The position numbers and the translations under genes were made by a program. The notes beneath the pieces are model-generated. The model did no database searches. It saw only the letters and a list, made by a program, of their open reading frames with translations, and was not told the DNA's origin. From IMG/VR virus record IMGVR_UViG_2706794688_000010: DNA of 34,150 bases. One strand, given 5' to 3'. This stretch comes from a virus. Taxonomy: Duplodnaviria > Heunggongvirae > Uroviricota > Caudoviricetes. Numbering within the stretch: the first letter of the stretch is position 1; the number at the start of each line of letters is the position of its first letter. This document shows positions 29,273 through 34,150 of this stretch, piece after piece.

Positions 29273-29338
29273 TTACTTCTCAATTCCTGGCTGGACGACA
29301 TTCGGACGCCAGCTCTCCCAGTTAAAATTCACCCATCG
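29273..29338 (-). pseudogene. 3' fragment of a second DnaC-like (YdaV-like) gene, remainder in N-run
   Basis: Encodes ...[21 protein letters not shown]; about 37 nt identical to the 3' end of ydaV at 31255-31300. Confidence 0.4.
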
Positions 29339-29588
29339 NNNNNNNNNNNNNNNNNNNNNNNNNNNNNNNNNNNNNNNNNNNNNNNNNNNNNNNNNNNNNN
29401 NNNNNNNNNNNNNNNNNNNNNNNNNNNNNNNNNNNNNNNNNNNNNNNNNNNNNNNNNNNNNNNNNNNNNNNNNNNNNNNNNNNNNNNNNNNNNNNNNNNN
29501 NNNNNNNNNNNNNNNNNNNNNNNNNNNNNNNNNNNNNNNNNNNNNNNNNNNNNNNNNNNNNNNNNNNNNNNNNNNNNNNNNNNNNNNN

Positions 29589-30233
29589 GATAAGAGGGCG
29601 TCCCTGAGATTTGCGGTGTAGATTGGTATCGCGCAGAGAATACACACAGCCACAATATTCCTGCTGATAGAATTTTTCGCGCTTGCTGATTTCAATCATA
29701 CGGGACGAGCCGCCCTGCTTGCGCCAGTTATAATCCCAGTACACCATGCCCGGATAATGCGCGACGGCTCGCCGCCCACAGTCGTTAACCTGCTGCATAT
29801 TTTTCCAGCGTGAAATGCCCAGTGAACTGCTGATCACACTGAAACCATTTTCAGCGGCGTACAGCGCTGTCCGCTCAAAACGCATGTCAAAACACATGGT
29901 GCAACGGATCCCTCGTTCGGGCTCCCATTCCATTCCTTTGGCTCGTTCAAACCAGTTGTCTGTGTCGTAATCAGCATCAATAAACGGCACGCCGTGTTGT
30001 TCAGCAAAGCGAATATTCTCATCCTTACGAATTAAATACTCTTTCTGAGGATGAATGTTCGGGTTGTAGAAAAAGATGGTGTAGTCGATTCCCGAGGCCT
30101 GAAGCGCCTCCATCACCTCACCGGAACATGGAGCACAGCAAGAGTGCAGTAGTAGTTTGTTTGCCCCGTTTGGGAGCTCCAATTTGGGCCGTTTGAAATC
30201 AGCAACTGTCATAAATATGTTTATTGGGGTCAT
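29589..30233 (-). CDS. QueH-like (DUF208) epoxyqueuosine reductase-like protein, C-terminus in N-run
   Basis: N-terminal [17 protein letters not shown] plus downstream Cys motifs ([17 protein letters not shown]) fit my recollection of the DUF208/QueH Fe-S family; weak RBS. Confidence 0.5.
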
Positions 30234-30380
30234 AAAAATATCAAAGAGTGTAGCATTAGAACGGGGCTATCGGAAACAGATGTGTGACTGCTCCCCGCCC
30301 TTTCGGGTGGTCTCCTGATGATTTGAGGGTGCAGAAATCCCTCCGGTTAAGGATTAAATTTTTAACAGTGCTAAATTTAA

Positions 30381-30737
30381 TTATTCAGTTCTGGATTTTG
30401 TCGCCCTGCGTATCCGCGCTTTCGCGTTACGCTCAATCTGTATCAGCTTTTCTATATTTCTCCGCCTTTCCTGTTCCTCCTGGCGCAATAGCCTTACATC
30501 ATCTGCCAGTCTGGTTTCTCTTTTTGCCACAGAGAGCATCCAGTCAAACGGCTCCACAACCGCACCGCAGATTTTACAGCGGACCTGACGCTCTTTTTCG
30601 TCAACCCGTACAGAGGCGTGATGGCAATATGGTCTTTCCGATGGCTCATAAAGAAAATTAACCTGATTACGAGGGTCATCCTCTTTTACCGGAAATAAAA
30701 CGATATTGCTTAACTCATCTTCTGGTTTTATTTCCAT
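30381..30737 (-). CDS. Small Zn-ribbon-like hypothetical protein
   Basis: Start MEIKPEDEL... with AAGGAG RBS; C..HH...C..C cluster (YCHHASVRVDEKERQVRCKICG); basic coiled C-terminus. Confidence 0.5.
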   Translation of the reverse strand: MEIKPEDELSNIVLFPVKEDDPRNQVNFLYEPSERPYCHHASVRVDEKERQVRCKICGAVVEPFDWMLSVAKRETRLADDVRLLRQEEQERRRNIEKLIQIERNAKARIRRATKSRTE

Positions 30738-30794
30738 GCTCCTCTCCTTTGATGCGAATGCCAGCGGTAATTGAAGCCTGATAGCTAATTTCAT

Positions 30795-31217
30795 TCACAG
30801 TATCGCCTCCTGAAAATTACCCTGATAGAAAGCCAGTACACGCTGCATAGCTTCGCTCTTCCGGCACTCGCGACAGATTATATTCAGGCGCCTGTCGTAG
30901 CGGCGTATTTCTCCGTCAGGTAATGACCAGATAAGGTCCGGATCAACAACAACCGGTTTCCTCACCTTTACTCTCGAGAGTTTTTTGCGGGCGCTTTGCC
31001 AGTCCTTGCGAGCCTGTTCAGACGGGAATAAGCCGTAGCCAGAATTATATACATCACCACTTGCGACCAGTTCTATGCATAAGCGACCGACAGACGCACG
31101 ACTGATACCTGTTTCATCTGACAACTGCCGAATCGTGACCCGACCGTCCTGATGCACGAGTTCCACAATTCGCGTCTTCAGTTCTTCCCGCTGTTCGGGA
31201 GTAAAAGGTTTCGCCAT
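30795..31217 (-). CDS. Winged-helix-like small protein (likely the intact counterpart of Rac ydaW), paralog of 28057-28473
   Basis: 140 aa, AGGAGG RBS; immediately downstream of ydaV; paralogous to the second copy. Confidence 0.55.
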   Translation of the reverse strand: MAKPFTPEQREELKTRIVELVHQDGRVTIRQLSDETGISRASVGRLCIELVASGDVYNSGYGLFPSEQARKDWQSARKKLSRVKVRKPVVVDPDLIWSLPDGEIRRYDRRLNIICRECRKSEAMQRVLAFYQGNFQEAIL

Positions 31218-31231
31218 AAATCCTCCTGAAA

Positions 31232-31978
31232 CTACTTAACAACCCTCGAATGGCTAACATTCGGACGCCAGCTCTCCCAGTTAAAATTCACCCAGCGCCC
31301 GCCGTTCATGACCATGCGATCCATCACCCGCTCGCCGAGCAATGTTTTCATCACCTCATAGTTCAGGTTTGTCAGCATCCCCACGCTGCGCATCGACGCT
31401 GTCCGGCGATCAACAATCTGGTGCAGCACCACCTGCTCGTTTTTCGTCTCGCGCTGAATGCCAATTTCATCAAGAACCAGCAGATCCACTTCGCATAGTT
31501 CCCGCAAAAATTTTTCGCCTGACTGCCCATCGTCATAGCTGGCGTGCAGGGCACTCATAACATCAGCCACGGTAACCACAATCACTGTCTGACCGTCTTT
31601 CAGCAGGCGATTCCCGATAGCTGCCGCTAAGTGGTTCTTCCCGGTACCAGGTTTTCCGCTGAACGCAAAATTTGTACACCCGGTCATCAGTTCATCAGCG
31701 ATGGATTTCGCCTGACTCAACGCGTATCGCTGCGCTTCGTTCTGCACCTGGTAATTCGAAAACGAGCATTTGCGGTGCAATGGCTGGATGCCAGAGCGAT
31801 TCAGAATTTTTTCCACCCGCAACTGACGATTCTGACGGTTGATCTCCTCACAACGTTTCTGGCCTTCGGAAAGTTGCCACTCGCGCCACTCCGCTACCGT
31901 CTTGAATGGCGCGGTTACATGTGACGGGGCCAGTCTGCGGATACGTTCAAGAACGTCGCCTGTCGCAATATTTTTCAT
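31232..31978 (-). CDS. ydaV: DnaC-like replication helicase loader (IstB-like ATPase)
   Basis: Walker A FSGKPGTGKNHLAAAIG and Walker B LLVLDEIG; follows ydaU as in Rac. Confidence 0.8.
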   Translation of the reverse strand: MKNIATGDVLERIRRLAPSHVTAPFKTVAEWREWQLSEGQKRCEEINRQNRQLRVEKILNRSGIQPLHRKCSFSNYQVQNEAQRYALSQAKSIADELMTGCTNFAFSGKPGTGKNHLAAAIGNRLLKDGQTVIVVTVADVMSALHASYDDGQSGEKFLRELCEVDLLVLDEIGIQRETKNEQVVLHQIVDRRTASMRSVGMLTNLNYEVMKTLLGERVMDRMVMNGGRWVNFNWESWRPNVSHSRVVK

Positions 31979-31984
31979 GGTCAG

Positions 31985-32842
31985 TTACCCCCTGAAGCCT
32001 GGCGGGATCGCACTATCCGGTAACGAGACGGTGTTAACCTGTCGGAGTAACGTCTCAGGTCGAACACCTTTCGGCGCGAACAAGCCCTGGTATTCATTGG
32101 CGATGCTGTGTCGAATCACCTGCTCAGGTGAAAAACCCTGCTGGCGGAATTTTTCCAGCTCCCGTATCGCCCCGTTAGCGCCCTGCTCCGTTCGAATCGG
32201 TTTTCGCAATGCCTGGCGAAATTCAACCCACTCACGCCAAAGCGAGACAGAAATCCAGTTCGGCAAAGCAATATCCAGAGGGTCAAACTTTTTGACACCT
32301 CGATTCCCCCGGGGGGGATTTAGGGGGGGATCTGTTTTTAGATCTTTATCTGTATCTTTATTAGTTGCCTTTGTGTTGACATCATGTTCAAACACCACTT
32401 CAACATCTGTTTGAACACCTGTTAAATTTCTCTCTTGTTTTGTTTGAACATCTGCTTCCTTTCTGCTTCTTCTGGCCTGAACAGATGCTTTTCCTGCGGC
32501 TGATTTTTTGGTTAATTTTTCCCTGACTGATGCCAGATCTTCCTCAATCCGAAGATGCACCCATTCCTCGCCGTTATCGCAAAAAAACTCCTGCAAGGAT
32601 GGTTCAACATCAGCCCATCGCTCGTTAGTCAGACGGGCAATTTTTGCCAGCCTGTTTTTAGGTATTGGCTTTCCTGTTTGCCAGTAATTGAACATCAGCA
32701 ACAAATACGCACCATGCTCCTCTGCTGACAAATGCATGGTGTCAGCCAGGTAATCAGCTATGTACAGTTGCATGTATGGTAATGCGGCCATAATTGCCCC
32801 GTATGATGCTGCCCGGTGGCTTAGAATAAGCACAAACAGCAT
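31985..32842 (-). CDS. ydaU: Replication initiator-like protein (DUF1376, YdaU-like)
   Basis: 285 aa ORF as in Rac ydaU; alternative start MAALPYMQLYIADYL at 32791; contains an internal ori-like repeat cluster in a linker-coding region. Confidence 0.65.
   Translation of the reverse strand: MLFVLILSHRAASYGAIMAALPYMQLYIADYLADTMHLSAEEHGAYLLLMFNYWQTGKPIPKNRLAKIARLTNERWADVEPSLQEFFCDNGEEWVHLRIEEDLASVREKLTKKSAAGKASVQARRSRKEADVQTKQERNLTGVQTDVEVVFEHDVNTKATNKDTDKDLKTDPPLNPPRGNRGVKKFDPLDIALPNWISVSLWREWVEFRQALRKPIRTEQGANGAIRELEKFRQQGFSPEQVIRHSIANEYQGLFAPKGVRPETLLRQVNTVSLPDSAIPPGFRG
32281..32455. repeat. Candidate replication origin: G-tract palindrome, GATC-containing AT-rich repeats and GTTCAAAC/GTTTGAAC iterons inside ydaU
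   Basis: GGTCAAACTTTTTTGACACC, CCCCCGGGGGGG, GATCTGTTTTTAGATCTTTATCTGTATCTTTATT, then ATGTTCAAACACC (32384-32396), CTGTTTGAACACC (32408-32420), TTGTTTGAACATC (32440-32452). Confidence 0.45.
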
Positions 32843-32854
32843 GGAAACTTTTGC

Positions 32855-33277
32855 TTAATGAACAATGACAGAATCGTCGGAAGACCCGCCGCCGCTGAAA
32901 TGCGCTTTCCGGTAAACGGCTTGGACTGCATCATCATGCGCATCAATTGCCGTACTTAACGCTTCCTGCGCCGCCAGTAATGCACGGCGTTCCAGGGTAT
33001 CGAAGATGCAGAGTCGGTGACGCAGCTCGCGCGGAAGGATTGCCAGAATTGCTGGGATCAGCTTCTGAATTTTTTCTCTTTGCGTTTTCGTTTCACCTTT
33101 CAACCAACGGTGATAGATATTCTGCTGATTATTCCAGTCCTTGCCTGGTACCAGGGGCAATTCGCCGCCCCCCTGGCGCAGATATTCTTCAGTAATGGCA
33201 TTGGCTACCCATGCCTGCCCTTTTTCGGCTGCCAGGGCTAACAACACTGACTCGATGTGCTCATGCTTGATTTTCAT
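32855..33277 (-). CDS. ydaT: YdaT-like protein (Rac ydaT family)
   Basis: 140 aa, same length as Rac YdaT; ATGA overlap with the upstream ydaS-like gene; divergent from the repressor gene. Confidence 0.65.
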   Translation of the reverse strand: MKIKHEHIESVLLALAAEKGQAWVANAITEEYLRQGGGELPLVPGKDWNNQQNIYHRWLKGETKTQREKIQKLIPAILAILPRELRHRLCIFDTLERRALLAAQEALSTAIDAHDDAVQAVYRKAHFSGGGSSDDSVIVH

Positions 33278-33528
33278 GAATCAACTCCCATCAGCTTTTT
33301 CGTAGTAGTTTTATTTCTGCCAATAGTTAAAATTACATCAGCAGAAAATAATCCGTTTGATGCATGAGCGATTTTTTCAGCGTAATTTGTTTCGCCGGTA
33401 TATTCTGTGCGAGGCAATTTTCCGTTATCCATCCATTTGTAGATTGCTCTTTGGCTGACACCACAAACGTCGGCCACAACAGAAACGCGAACAGTTTTGA
33501 TTACATCTTCAAGTGTTTTCTGGTTCAT
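33274..33528 (-). CDS. ydaS: Cro/YdaS-like HTH protein
   Basis: Start MNQKTLEDVIK... at 33528 with GAGGGTGAT RBS (the longer ORF to 33600 would run into the racR start); HTH ...VADVCGVSQRAIYKWMDNGKLP... Confidence 0.6.
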   Translation of the reverse strand: MNQKTLEDVIKTVRVSVVADVCGVSQRAIYKWMDNGKLPRTEYTGETNYAEKIAHASNGLFSADVILTIGRNKTTTKKLMGVDS

Positions 33529-33551
33529 ATCACCCTCACAATGTGAACTTT

Positions 33552-33584
33552 GAGTACATGCTATAACAGAACTGACAGTACATT
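33552..33584. promoter_or_regulatory. Two AGTACAT operator-like sites in the ydaS/racR divergent control region
   Basis: GAGTACATG (33552-33560) and CAGTACATT (33576-33584), 24 bp centre to centre, each centred on the palindromic GTAC. Confidence 0.5.
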
Positions 33585-33589
33585 CAAGA

Positions 33590-34027
33590 GTGAATATCAT
33601 TGAACTTATGGTTCATGAAGATAAAGCGCGTAAAGAGTTCGCCAGTAGGCTTGCGCTAGCCTGTGAAAACGCTGGTTATGAACAACATGGAAGGCAGGCA
33701 GAAATTGCCCGTCGAATGAAATTAACACCAAAAGCGGTTAGCAAATGGTTTAATGGCGAAACAATTCCTCGCCGAGAGAAATTAAGGGAATTAGCAACAC
33801 TCATTGGAACAACACCAACCTATCTTTTGGGAGAGGATACAGAAGAAAGTGGACAGGTACGTTTCTATCAGGAGTTAAATCCAAGACAAAAAATCATCAT
33901 TGACCTTCTGGACGAGCTCCCTGACAGTGAGACAGATGAACTTTTAAAAACTCTTGAGGAGAAAAAACAGAAGTACAATGCAATTTACGAAGAGCTAGCA
34001 CGAAAGAAAAAACAAAAAGCCTCTTAA
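33590..34027 (+). CDS. racR: XRE-family HTH repressor (RacR-like)
   Basis: GTG at 33590 or ATG at 33608; HTH GRQAEIARRMKLTPKAVSKWFNGETIP; divergent from ydaS-ydaT as in Rac; Lys/Glu-rich C-terminus. Confidence 0.7.
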   Translation: MNIIELMVHEDKARKEFASRLALACENAGYEQHGRQAEIARRMKLTPKAVSKWFNGETIPRREKLRELATLIGTTPTYLLGEDTEESGQVRFYQELNPRQKIIIDLLDELPDSETDELLKTLEEKKQKYNAIYEELARKKKQKAS

Positions 34028-34100
34028 ACCAGCATAAATCCGGTAGCGTCCCCCTCCGGGTTTGTGCTTCACTTTATCCCATCTCATTTTTTTACACACA

Positions 34101-34144
34101 AAATGTACTTATAGTACTTTACATCAATGAACACAAAGTACATT
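34101..34144. promoter_or_regulatory. Second cluster of GTAC-centred operator-like sites downstream of racR
   Basis: ATGTACTT (34103-34110), TAGTACTT (34112-34119) and AAGTACAT (34136-34143): the same motif as in the ydaS/racR intergenic region. Confidence 0.4.
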
Positions 34145-34150
34145 ATATAC

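Noticed and set aside
30286-30350. Plus-strand terminator-like hairpin (AATCCCT-CCGG-TTAAGGATT followed by AAATTTTT) between the QueH-like and Zn-ribbon genes
   Set aside because: Oriented against the local minus-strand direction of transcription and the stem has a bulge; possibly a bidirectional or insulating element but not convincing.
1-34150. CRISPR arrays, IS elements or transposases, integrase/attachment sites, rRNA genes
   Set aside because: No regularly spaced direct repeats, no transposase- or integrase-like ORFs and no rRNA-like sequence were seen; the integrase end of the prophage appears to lie outside the window.

Overview
The window is almost entirely one lambdoid, Rac-like prophage of an Enterobacteriaceae host (E. 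coli/Shigella type), with nearly all genes on the minus strand. Read from the right end leftwards: an immunity switch (racR on plus, divergent ydaS-ydaT), a replication module (ydaU with an internal ori-like iteron cluster, DnaC-like ydaV), a mosaic region with a partial duplication carrying a QueH-like gene, an AT-rich two-gene cassette of unknown function, a plus-strand YeaR-like gene behind an NsrR-type operator, nin-region genes and a Q-like gene, two tandem TolA-domain-III-like lipoproteins, a phage-21-type lysis cassette (pinholin S, SAR endolysin R, Rz/Rz1), the trkG moron, a ParB-like nuclease plus GT-A glycosyltransferase-like pair, then packaging, head and lambda-like tail genes ending inside K at position 1. 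Six N-runs (611-860, 18508-18601, 22303-22582, 22985-23234, 24241-24510, 29339-29588) interrupt the sequence and do not preserve true length or frame. The best candidates for an undescribed system are the AT-rich two-gene cassette (25879-27918), the TolA-III-like lipoprotein pair, the QueH-like moron and the ParB/glycosyltransferase pair. All identifications come from reading translations and motifs by eye; no database search was run.
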